This document shows positions 1 through 12,394 of a stretch of 64,000 nt of DNA, piece after piece. This DNA comes from Squalus acanthias. Its lineage: Eukaryota. Position numbers and translations under genes: made by a program. The stretch lies in NCBI GenBank assembly GCA_030390025.1, contig CM059432.1, positions 68,140,001-68,204,000 on the forward strand, in the 5' to 3' direction. The first letter of the stretch is position 1. The number at the start of each line of letters is the position of its first letter. The notes beneath the pieces were generated by a model. That model ran no database searches. It saw nothing but the letters and a program-made list of their open reading frames with translations, and was not told the DNA's origin.

Positions 1-433
1 CAAAAAAATCTGCTGCCAGCAGTGTGGAAAATGTTACCTACTGTAGATAGTCACTGTTAACATGGATCTACAGTATCTATCTTAGAAAGGAGTGCGTCTG
101 GGTGAAGATTATCCAGAGGAATCAGTCAATAATGTTCAAAGCATTTCTACTGAAAGACGAAAGAGTTAGTGCTGCCTGGGACCAGAACCATAAGTTGGAA
201 GAAGCACTCAGTACTGCCCATGGCAGCATTCACTGAAAGAAACTTGAAATGTCAATTGGTGAAATTGGGAGCAAATTAGTTCCAAGAACTCTGGACAGGA
301 GGTCAAACTTAAGGGAATTATAAAATAATTATTAATAAAATGTAATCACTGTTGTAATGCAAGACCAGCAGCACAATTTGAAAATAATCCATTGGCTGAG
401 AATGCTATATAAATGTAACACTGAGAATGCGAG

Positions 434-1212
434 AGAAATGTAACAGCTCTCATCAAAGTCACAAATGACATCCTTTGTGATTGTGACGAAGGTAAATTAT
501 ACCTCCTCGTCCTGTCTGCAGCCTTTGACACGGTTGACCACTCCATCCTCCTTCAACGCCTCTCCACCATCTTCCAGCTGGGTGGGACTGAACTCGCCTA
601 GTTCCATTCTTTTCTATCTTATCGTAGTCAGAAAATCACCTGCAATGGCTTCTCTTCGCACTCACACATCGTTACGTCTGGGGTCCCCCAAGGATCTATC
701 CTTGGCCTCTTCCTATTTCTCATCTACATGCTGCCCCTTGGCGACATCACCCAAAAACACAGCGTCAGTTTCCACATGTATGGCGACGACACCCAGCTCT
801 ACCTCACCAGCACTTCTCTTGAACCCTCCACGGTCTCTAAATTGACATACTGCTTGTCCGACATCCAGTGCTGGATGAGCAGAAATTGTCTCCAATTAAA
901 TATTGGGAAGACCAAAGCCATTGCTTTCATGCCCCGCCACAAACTCCGTTCCCTAGCCACCGACTTCATCCCTCTCCCAAGCATCTGTCGGAGGCTGAAC
1001 CAGACTGCTTGCAACCTTGGTGTCATATTTGACCGTGAAATGAGCTTCCGACCACATATCCGTGGCATAATTAAGACCGCCTATTTCCACCTCCATAACA
1101 TTGCCCGTCTCTGCCCCTACTTCAGCTCATCTGCTGCTGAAACTCTCATCCATGCCTTTGTTACCTCTAGACTTGACTATTCCAACACACTCCTGGCTGG
1201 CCTCCCAAATTC
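434..1212 (+). mobile_element. L2 LINE RT fragment (5' part, interrupted)
   Basis: [22 protein letters not shown] and LIHAFVTSRLDYSN are typical L2 ORF2 motifs. Confidence 0.9.
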
Positions 1213-4212
1213 TTTTTTTTTTAAATTAGTTCATGGGATGAGAGAGTTGCTGGCAAGGCCAGCATTTATTGCCCATCCCTAATTGCCCTTGAGAAGGTGG
1301 TGGTGAACTGCCTTCTTGAACCTCTGCAGTCCGTGTGGTGAAGATACTCACACAGTGCTGTTAGGGAGGGAGTTCCAGGATTTTGACCCAGAGACGATGA
1401 AGGAATGGTGATATACTTCTAAGTCAGGATGGTGTGCGACTTGGAGGGGAACTTGGAGGCTGTGGTGTTCCCATGCGCCTGCTGCCCTTGTCCTTCTAGG
1501 TGGAAGAGGTCGCGGGTTTCGGAGGTACTGCCAAAGAAGCCTTGGTGAGTTGCTGCAGTGCATCTTGTAGATGATACACAATGCAGCCACGGTATGCCGC
1601 TGGTGGAGGGAGTGAATGTTTAAGGTGGTGGATGGGGTGCCAATCAAGCGGGCTGCTTTGTCCTGGATGGTGTTGAGCTTCTTGAGTGTTGTTGGAGCTG
1701 CACTCATCCAGGCAAGTGGAGAGCATTCTATCACATTCCTTACTTGTGCTTTGTAGATGGTGGAAAGGCTTTGGAGAGTCAGGAGGTGAGACACTCACCG
1801 TAGAATACCTAGCCTCAGACCTGCTCTTGTTGCCACAGTATGTGGCTGGTCCAGTTAAGTTTCTGGTCAATGGTGACCCCTAGGATGTTGATGGTGAGGG
1901 ATTCGGCGATGGTAATGCCATTGAATATCAAGGGGCGATGGTTAGACTCTCACTTGTTGGAGATAGTCATTGTCTGGCGCGAATGTTACCTGCCACTTCT
2001 CAACCCAAGTCTGAACGTCGTTCAGGTCTTGTTGCATGCGGGCATGGACTGCTTCATTATCTGAGGAGTTGTGAATGGCACTGAACACTGTGCAGTCATC
2101 AGCGAACATCCCCACTTCTGACCTTATGTTGGAGGGAAGGTCATTGATGAAGCAGCAGAAGATGGTTGGGCTCCTGCAGCGATGTCCTAGGGCTGTAAAG
2201 ATTGACTTCCAACCACCACAACCATCTTTCCTTTGTGCTAGGTATGACTCCAGCCAGTGGAGAGTTTTCCCCCCGATTCCCATTGACTTCAGTTTGACTA
2301 GGGTTCATTGATGCCACACTTTGTCAAATGCTTCCTTGATGTCAAGGGCATTCACTCTCACCTCACCTCTGGAATTCAGCTCCTTTGTCCATGTTTGGAC
2401 CAAGGCTGTAATGAGGTCGGGAGCCGAGTGGTCTTGGTGAACCTAAACTGGGCATCAGTGAGCAGGTTATTGGTGAGTAAGTGCCGCTTGATAGCACTGT
2501 CGATGACACCTTCCATCACTATGCTGATGATTGAGAGTAGACTGATGGGGCGGTAATTGGCCAGATTAGATTTGTCCTGCTTTTTGTGGACAGGACATAC
2601 CTGGGCAGTTTTCCCACATTGTCGGATAGATGCTATAGAAGCATAGAAGATAGGAGCAGGAGTAGGCCATTCGGCCCCTCGAGCCTGCTCCACCATTTAA
2701 TGAGATCATGGCTGATCATCCAAATTCAGTACCCTGTCCCTGCTTTCGCCCCATATCCCTTGATCCCTTTAGCCTTAAGAAATATATCTATCTCCTTCTT
2801 GAATATATTTAATGAATTGGCCTCAACTGCCTTCTGTGGTAGAGAATTCCACAGGTTCACCACTCTCTGGGTGAAGAAATTCCTCCTCATCTCAGTCCTA
2901 AATGGCTTACCCCTTATCCTTAGACTGTGACCTCTGGTTCTGGACTCCCCCACCATCGGGAACATCCTTCCTGCATCTAGTCTGTCTAGTCCTGTTAGAA
3001 TTTTATAAGTTTCAATGAGATCCCCTCTCATTCTTCTAAACTCTATCGAATATAAGCCTAATCGACCCAATCTCTCTTCATACGTCATTCCTGCCATCCC
3101 AGGTATCAGTCTGGTAAATCTTCGCTGCACTCCCTCCATGGCAAGAACATCCTTCCTCAGATAAGGCGACCAAAACTGCACACAATACTCAAGGTGTGGT
3201 CTCACCAAGGCCTTGTACAACTGCAGCAAGACATCCTTGCTCCTGTACTCGAATCCTCTCGCTATGAAGGCCAACATACCATTTGCCTTCTTAACCGCCT
3301 GCTGCACCTGCATGCTTACCTTCAGCGACTGGTGCACAAGGACTCCCAGATCTCGTTGCACTTCCCCTTTTCCCAATCTATTGCCGTTCAGATAATAATC
3401 TGTCTTCCTGTTTTTGCCACCAAAGTGGATAACCTCGCATTTATCCACATTATACTGCATCTGCCAGTGTTGTAGCTGTACTGGAACAGCTTGGCTAGAG
3501 GCGTGGCTAGTTCTGGAGCACAAGTCTTCAGCACGACAGCCGGGATGTTGTATCCAGTGCACTCAGCCATTTCTTGATATCACGTGGAGTGAATCGAATT
3601 AGCTGAAGACTGGCTTCTGTGATGGTGGGGACCTCAGGAGGAGGCCGATATGGATTATCCACTTGGCACTTCTGGCTGAAGATGGTGGCAAACGCTTCAG
3701 CCTCGTCTTTTGCGCTCATGTGCTGGGCTCTACCATCATTGAGGATGGGGATATTCATGGAGCCTCCTTCTCCCATTAGTTGTTTAATGGTCCACCACCA
3801 TTCATGACTGGATGTGGCAGGACTGCAGAGCTTTGATCTGATCCGCTGATTGTGGAATCTCTCAGCCCTGTCTATCGCATGCTGCTTCTGCTTTTTAGCA
3901 TGCATGTAGTCCTGTGTTGAAGCTTCCCCAGGTTGGCACCTCCTTTTTAGGTACACCTGGTGCTGCTCCTGGCATGCTCTTCTACATTCCTTATTGAGCT
4001 AGGGTTGGTCCCCTGACTTGATGATAATGGTAGAGTGAGGGATATGCCGGGCCATGAGGTTACAGATTGTGGTGGAATATAATTCTGCTGCTGCTGCTGA
4101 CGGCCCACAGTGGCTCATGGATGCCCAGTTTGGAGCTGCTAGATCTGTTCTGAATCTATCCCATTTAGCACAGTGGTAGTGCCACACAACACAATGGAGG
4201 GTGTCCTCAGTG
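1213..4212 (-). mobile_element. Poly(A)-tailed non-LTR retrotransposon (CR1/L2/Jockey-group RT, family not assigned) inserted in L2
   Basis: Minus ORFs contain NYRPISLLS, MFADD and IYKAQVR..SAAPTTLKKL..IQDKAARLIG. The T-run at 1213-1222 is the poly(A) tail. Confidence 0.88.
2635..3466 (-). mobile_element. 5'-truncated CR1 with an open ORF2 C-terminus, nested in the minus-strand LINE
   Basis: Uninterrupted WQMQYNVDKC...LVRPHLEYCVQFWSP...FFTQRVVNLWNSLP; cttctatg-type tail. Confidence 0.92.
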
Positions 4213-4214
4213 TA

Positions 4215-4740
4215 AACTTGAGGTCATCCAAAACCCGGCTGCCCGTGTCCTAACTTGCACCAAGTCCCGTTCACCCATCAGCCCTGTGCTCGCTGACCTA
4301 CATTGACACCCGGTTAAGCAACGCCTCGATTTCAAAATTCTCAACCTTGTTTTCAAATCCCTCCATAGCCTCGCCCCTCTCTATCTCTGTAATCTCCTCC
4401 AGCCCCACAAACCCCCCTCCACCTCCGAGATATCTGCACTCCTCTAATTCTGCCCTCATGAACATCCCTGATTATAATCGCTCAACCATTGGTGGCCGTG
4501 TCTTCTGTTGCCTAGGCCCTAAGCTCTGGAATTCCCTGCCTAAACCTGTGTCTCTCTACCTCTCTTTCCTCCTTTAAGACGCTCCTTAAAACCTACCTCT
4601 TTGACCAAGGTTTTGGTCAGCTGCCCTAATTTCTCCTTATTTGACTCGGTGTCAAATTTTGTGTCTTATAATGCTCCTGTGAAGCGCCTTGGGACGCTTT
4701 ACTACGTTAAAGGTGCTATATAAATACAAGTTGTTGTTGT
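4215..4740 (+). mobile_element. L2 LINE 3' end (continuation of 434-1212)
   Basis: Colinear with the L2 copy at 43760-44254; ends ataaatacaagttgttgttgt. Confidence 0.88.
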
Positions 4741-6552
4741 AGTAAAATGTAGCACACTACTGTCTAATGACCATTTTTTTGAAAGGGGAGGGGAAAGACG
4801 AGATGACTTGTTCGAATCAACAGCATGGGATTAGATGCTCAGAAGACTTCATTAAATAATGGGTCATAGAGGCATTTTGACAGAAATGGTGCAAGCCATT
4901 TAAGTTGCTCAAGTGGAATTCTTTTTATATAAAATATTTCACTTCCGAGTTTGATATAGTTCAATTCAGATTGAAATGAATCTCCAAACTATGCTTGTTT
5001 CCTTCAGGTTAGTATTTGACTTCAGGTATTTTTAATTATATTTTACTTTCACCCTATATCACAAAGTTCTCATGGCCAAAAAGATGGTTTGGCATCCTAT
5101 GTGCCCACCAATGTTGTTCATCAGCTATCAATCCAGGTGGTGTTTGAGTATAATATAGGCTGATTAGCCCTCCAATTAATCTCATCCTTCTGACAGTGGC
5201 ACAGTAGAAACTGAAAAAAAAAAACTGTGCAGGAAAAGTAGGGATACAAGCCATACTTAACCACTCTGTAATGCAGAACCTTGGAGCTTCAACACACTGG
5301 GAAACATCTGTAGCCAAGATAGAGCAGGAGAAGCCAAATCCATGACCTCCATCCATCACATGGAAAAGAGGGCGCTCCCATCATCACTGCAGTTCAAAAT
5401 TGGTTTACAGGATAGTAAACATAAACCCATATGAGGAGGGAGGCCCAGCAACTAAGTAAGCCCTGGGCAATAAACTGTATTTTTATGCTTAGGGTGTGTA
5501 GCGGTGAAGTGATCTGCATAAGTTATCAGAGGGATAGAAGTTTTCCCAACAGGTCTCTGAGTTATACAAACTGCAGAAGAGTTGGGGAGTCACTGTTAAG
5601 AAAATGCTTCTAGTTACCCCTCCTAATATCGCCGCCTTTGGCTCGGTGGCAGTTTTTAGTCGATTATGCTCCTGTGAAACACTTTGGGATGTTTCCCTAT
5701 GTTAAATGGAAGATGTTGTTCTAACATTTTTGCACTAGAATAAAATTTGGTATTTTGGCTTTCTAGGAACTATCACTGCTGTGTAGATGTTCCTCCATTG
5801 AATACTTTGACACATTTAATTTTGTGTATGTTAGACGATAAACAAAAATGGAAAGTTTCATCAGCTCCACAGATTGTTAAAACTATCTACACGTTTCAAA
5901 CTTGTAAACATGACTGTATTCAATTAATTAAAGTGTCAATTAAATGATAATTACATGGTTCAAAAGACAAACAAGTGATTATAAATTATTGAAATAGGTT
6001 TAAAATCCTTACCAAAAACAACTGCATCCACTGCCATGCAAAACAAAATGGCTCTTGGAGAAGGTAACTTTATAATAAATTCTAGTTCCAGTAATAATTC
6101 ATTTTTGGAAAAGACAACTGACAGATCCTTTATTTGCCTCTACGTCAAATTAAGCAGAATAGATGTATAATAACAGTGCAAAGAGTTAATTCTTCCTAAA
6201 AATGTTATGCTTAATGAAAAGTCCAAACATCATGATTGACTTATTTTGTGATGTTATTTTCAAGAACTTTCTAAATTATAATTGCAAATCAAAAGCAGAG
6301 AATTACTGTGATATATCAGAAATTAAAACATGTTCAGCCTGATTACTCTCAAATATTGGACATTTACTCTTTGAAATGCATAATGGAATATTTTCATCTT
6401 TTTCTGTTAAAATGTACAACTTGAGTCACTGCCATCCATGTCTATCAATCATGCCTCTATCTGCACTGTGGGGATTCTGTGATTTGAGGTTGACATGATA
6501 AGATTCAAAATACTCAGAAAGCAACCTTTTAAGACTTTATTTTAAACATTAT

Positions 6553-7288
6553 GGGATAGATTTTGCTGGAGCATGCCCCGTTAGTTAGACTTATTTGTGC
6601 GCATTTAGATTTTAACATTTTTTGCCCACAAAGTTGCTGGAGGTGCAAGCTGATAATGGCACAGTGAGGGCAACAGGGCATCTGGTACCTTGGTGAACAA
6701 TGGGACAAACAGTGTATCTCCTTAACAAATGAGATTTAAGTATTAAGAAATAAAAAGAGGAAGGAGGGCGAATGAGTGGGTGAATTCAATGTCAAATCAG
6801 GTACAGAAAGAGAAATAATGAGAGGGAAAGAAAGATTGGATTGAGAGAGAGAGAGAGAGGAAAAAAGAGACAGAAAGGAAACGTAAGAATTAAAAAAAAG
6901 ACATTATAAATCTTGTATAACAATTCACAACCTGAAGGAATGAGTCTCCACACTTATAATTATTTACTTTATGGGCAAGAAAGATTGATTGGCAGTCATT
7001 AACAATTATCACGTCTAAGGGTACTTATGCGGTTAATTACCAGACTTAACTTTCTGTGGTAGGTTTAATGGGCAATTAATCTACAAATGCAGCAAATTCA
7101 TGAAAATCATGGGAGGTTAAGCGTGAGATGCCGTTTTCATGAAGCTAACGGCGGCCGAGTGGCAAAAATCAGGCTGCAAATCGCAATTCACAGGCGCTCT
7201 CTTCCTTGCTACAAGTTGCTGGCCGATTTGCACATTAGTAACGGCGTGCATTGTTCACATGCTGTTATTTTTCAGCAAAATCTGGCCC
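6553..7288. mobile_element. Non-autonomous DNA transposon/MITE (probably PIF/Harbinger)
   Basis: Imperfect TIRs GGGATAGATTTTGCTG / CAGCAAAATCTGGCCC; internal similarity to 38339-38999. Confidence 0.7.
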
Positions 7289-8104
7289 TTAATATTTTTA
7301 AATCTTTAATTTAAAAAACATTTATTTTGTGAAACTCAGACATATTATTAACCAATAGACACACTATATAGATGGAAACAGTTACAACACATTTAAGGGA
7401 AAATCTCCTCACAGAAACTAAATATGATAATTCAACAGTCTGGACTGAAGTGATTTTCCAAAGGTCAAACATGAACTATGTCTAGACATTCTCAATCTAA
7501 GAATTAGATTTACTGGCATGACCTCCAATTAGGAAATATCAATTGTAAGAATATATGGACATAGATTCCTATGAATGTGCTTTGATAGCGCTGTTCCAGC
7601 AGATGTACTGTGGTGCAAGTTCAGGGATAGAAAGGACAAATTTTATGAATTCACACACCCGGCGCAGAGCTTCGTCTATAGGATGTGTATCTCAGGAAAT
7701 CAGGTTTGCATGATTTTTCACCAAATTAGTGGACAGAAAATTGTGTGTTGGGTGGCTGAATTGCTGCGCCAGGAGCACAAGTTTATAAAATTACTTTTAG
7801 AGTGCTGTTATTCTTTTGCATCATAGTTGACTTACAAACCCTCTCTAAAAAATAGGACACTGTCTGTTTCACCATTTGTTAAGTCTAAATCCAAGCCAAA
7901 ATGATGGTGTGAAAATTGCCTCTCTTGGTGACAAATGGTCTTGATAAATTAGTTTTAAAAGTTGCAATCTCATTCCCAGTAAGTGAATTAATAGGGATAA
8001 GCAACATCAGATGACTCAAAGTCCCAATTCTGAACTCTATTTCAAATTTTCAAACGCAAATTTCACATCGAGCCCTTTGCGGTCATGTCATCTTTATATT
8101 TTTG

Positions 8105-9200
8105 TACATAGTATTAACAGCACAGAAACAGGCCATTTGGCCCAACAGGTCCATGCCGGTGTTTTGTTCATAAGAACACAAGAACATAGAATTAGGAGCA
8201 GGAGTAGGCATACGGCCCCTCGAGCCTGCTCCACCATTCAATAAGATCATGGCTTATCTTCGACCTTAATTCCACTTTCCTGCCTGATCCCCATATCCCT
8301 TGATTCCCCTAGAGTCCAAAATCTATCTTTCTCAGCCTTGAATATAGTCCACACGAGCCTCCTCCCACCCTTCTTCACCTAACCTCCAACATATCCTTCT
8401 CCCTCGTGTGTTTATCTAGCTTCCCCATAAATGCATCTATGCTAGTCGCCTCAACTATTCCTTGTGGTAGAAAGTTCCACATTCTAACCACTCTCTGGGT
8501 AAAGAAGTTTCCCCTGAATTCCCTATTGGATTTATTAGTGGCTATCTTATATTTATGGCACCTAGTTCTGGTCTTCTTCATGGCTATCCTATCAAACCCT
8601 TTCATAATTTTAAAGACCTCTATCAGGTCACCCCTCAGTCTTTTCTTTTCCAGAGAAAAGAGCCCCAGCCTGTTCAGCCTTTCCTGATGAGCATACCCTC
8701 TCTGTTCTGGTATCATTCTAGTAAATCTTTTTTGCACTCTCTCTGGTGCCTCTATATCCTTTTTATAATATGGAGACCAGAACTGTTCACAGCGCTCCAA
8801 GTGTGGCCTAACTAAGGTTCTATACAAGTTTAACATAACTTCTCTGCTTTTCAATTCTATCCCTCTAGAAATGAACCCCAGTGCATTGTTTGCTTTTTTT
8901 TTTAAATGGCCTTATTAACCTGCGTCGCTACTTTTAGTGATGTGTGTATCTGGACGAAGATCTCACTGCTCTTCTACCCCATTTAGACACTTATTTTCCA
9001 AGGAGTATGTGGCCGCCTTATTCTTCCTACCAAAATGTACCACCTCACACTTATCTATACTGAAGTTCATTTGCCAATTACACACCTATTCTGCAAGTTT
9101 ATTAATGTTTTCCTGTATTTTGTCACAGTGCTGCTCTATATTAACTACACCCCCCAATTTGGTGTCAGCTGCAAATTTTGAAATTGCACTTCTGATCCCG
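8105..9200 (-). mobile_element. CR1 3' fragment with a second CR1 tail (8170-8346) inserted
   Basis: ORF 8375..8854 encodes the CR1 ORF2 C-terminus; two distinct 3'-tail sequences are present. Confidence 0.88.
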
Positions 9201-10139
9201 AACTTGCGTTGGATTTCAAAGGAGGTATTGTGACGTACTCACGAGTACGCTGCCATACCGACCGCAAAATCCGGGCCACTGTCTTCCCTGGGGGTTATCT
9301 TTCCGAGACCAAGGAATAATATTCTTTTTGAGGTATGCACAAACTTGATGTTCCTTGGTGCAATTGTGGTTTCTATCTACTAGAAGGGGATCTCAATGCA
9401 CCAAAAACTACTGAGTAATCTTGCTGACAGTGATTGTTAAGCTGGTACACTTGGTTTTGGTGGCACATATTTTGTAAATGATGGAGGCTTGTCGTGTAAA
9501 CAAAAAGGAACATGTTGAATTTTGGTCCTGTGAGAATTGGAAAAGCAGATTGTGGTTTTTACGAGAAAGCCAGAATACCACAAGGTTCAGAGGAAACCCA
9601 CTTATTTTGCTTTCACTGATATTTGTAAAGCTTTTAACTAGCTCATGCTGCCCTCAGAAGCTAGCAAGCAGCCATGGGAATACATAGCTGAATTTTAGAT
9701 TTTTAGTGGGATGTTTACTCCAGCTCCATGTTGCTCAAAAGATAACTGAAGCAACAACAACTGAATTTATATAGTTTCTAACATAGTAACTGTCCCAAGA
9801 TGCTTTATAGAGGGAGATAAATAATATAATGGAATCGTGCTGACCCGTGCAAGTAGAATTGGGAGATGACGGAAAACTTGTTCAAACTCCTCCAGGTCAT
9901 TATCTTTCAGACACCATCAGGCGAAACCCATCAATTTTTTGCTCTAACCTTCACTGATGGGCCCTGCTTTGACAGTGAGTAACACAAGGATACGATTTTC
10001 ACCACTATTTTTTTAAACATGTATCTATAGTGGGCTTACTTAAAATCTAATTCCCAAAGGAAATTAAAAAATCTAGGTTGAGAAAACTCTTTTATCCTAT
10101 CTATATATAAGGCTAGCCTTGTACACATAACTACCTTGA

Positions 10140-11000
10140 TTTCCAAAAAGTCTTGGATAAAATGGCCATATAAAAGGTCTATTGGTAAATAATACACCAT
10201 ATGGGCTTCAAGGTCATAGTTATGTTAGGGAGGTAACTGATTGCAACCTCGTAGGCAGAAGATTGTGACAATGGAAATAGCTATTTATGGGGCTGGATCA
10301 TGAGTAGATTCATCCAAGGCTCTGCATTAGCATTATTGCAGTCACCATTAATGATTTGGATGAGGGCATTAATGGAATGGTTCACAAGTTTGCAGATGAC
10401 AAAACTGTGCACAACTGTTGAAAATTTAGACCAAATCAATAACTGGACCCAGCATCTTTTGGTACAACACTTTCAACCCTTCTCCAATCTGAACAACATT
10501 TCTCCCAACTCTGTTTCCTGTCTGTCAACTAACTTTCTATCCTTCCTTTTATTCTATATGCCTGAAATTTTCTAACAAGCCTCTTATAAAAGCCCTTATT
10601 GAATGCCTTTTGAAGATTCATATGCACTACATCTACTGCATTCCTTTTATCTACTTAAATTGGTCACCAACAGAAACTCTTATCTTATTAAATTTGTCAA
10701 ATATGACTTGTCTAACAATCCATACAGCCTGTCCTTGATTAACCCATGCATTTCTAAATGTTCACTACCTTTATCTCAAATTATGAATTCTAAGAGCTTG
10801 CCCACAACTGTCGTTAGAAAGGATAAGGGAATTTAGGTAATTAGTGGACTGGACCTGTGTGGCATGCCCTGCAACGTGGATGGGTGCAGCATAATGCACT
10901 TGGGTTTGGGAAATTGCAGGCATGTTTATACCATGCAGGAATAATCACTCAAGGTTACAGATCAAGAGAGGGGTCAGGGCATAGTTTATAAATTATAGGT
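10140..11000. mobile_element. Old, highly decayed CR1-like fragments in both orientations
   Basis: Remnant motifs such as aagtttgcagatgacaaaact (KFADD) and ccaaggctctgcattag. Confidence 0.5.
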
Positions 11001-12394
11001 GCACAAGCAGTATGATGGGGACAATGGAAGGCAAGTAGGGGAAGACAATGCAAAACGAAGAACACTATCCAAAGGCTGTATACGGCTTTCCTGCACTCAA
11101 CACTACTTCCAGGGTTTCCCAGTGGAACTGATATCAGCATATAACACAGCTGCCCAAATACGGCAGTATTTTAAGCTTCAAAAGACAGGATGGTGTCATA
11201 TGATGTATTTCCTGTTTTTTGGCCAAGAAATGACATGCGTTCCTGGTGTCCAACATTGTTATTGCCTGCGGTGGGGAATCGGGGTGAAAGAGATTGTGGA
11301 CTAAAATTTTAAAGGGCCACTTTGATTAAGGCAGAGCACTTGATTAACTTAGTTAAAGTGACAATTTAAAAAATGTATTTTCTTAATCAGACTGCACCAC
11401 CATCAATGCTGCGCTGTGACAAGGTAATCTCACTCCCCTTTACCCTAGTGGTGCGTGTATATTGTCTTGGCACCTGCCCTCCCTATGTAAGTTACTCTGA
11501 GCCTGGAAAATAAGCTGGGGTCTGGGGTGCAGGTGGTTGTGCGATTAGGTCGGGGGGTCAGTGGTGTACATGACTGCATCTTGTCTGGATGGGCTTGACA
11601 GACCAGAGGGTCTTTTTGTATGTAGGTTGATGGGTAAAACGGTGGCACTGTGATTTCCCAAGACAACTAAAACTTAAATAATAAAAGACAGAGAGTCTTG
11701 CGAGATGCCCTCTTTTCATGCCAAAAAAGATGACGTAGGTTTACTATGTGCAGCATGAAAGCAACTTAAGCTCACAAGAATCCACAAATTCAAAAGGATC
11801 CAGCATTAATCAACTCAAAACTAGATTGAAATCACATAGGAAAAACACTTAAAAAATTTATTAGTAGATCTCCATTAGCATTGTCAAAGATAATGTGACA
11901 CCTGCAAAGCAACTTGGAAAGCAGTTTCTGATGTTTACTCTGCAGCAGCCTAAACATGACCTCAACTTGCACATGCTGTAATACAGCAAATTTACTGCTG
12001 CAATATATTAAATGACTGACACAAAAATATACTATTCAATATGCTGAAGCTGCAAGTAAATTTTACAAAAGCAAAATACTGCGTATGCTGGAAATCTGAA
12101 ATAAAAATAGAAAATTCTGGAAGTACTCAGCAGGTCAGGCAGCATCTGTGGAGAGAGACAAGTTTACCCTGCATAAACTTGGTCATCCAAAACTCTGCTG
12201 CCCGTGTCCTAACTCTCACCCATCTCCCCTGTGCTCGCTGACCTACATTGGCTGCATTTTAATATAATATAATGTAAAGGGGGGAGGGGAGCAGAGAAGG
12301 TGGGGGTGTGAGGGAGAGCGGACCCGATGAAGGGAGTGGGGGGGTTAGTGGGAGTATGTGCTAAGCCCATGCAGCAGAACCTGGTCTCCAATTG

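Noticed and set aside
2726..3562. 278-aa ORF as a novel gene
   Set aside because: It is a chance read-through from an off-frame LINE segment into a truncated CR1 ORF2.
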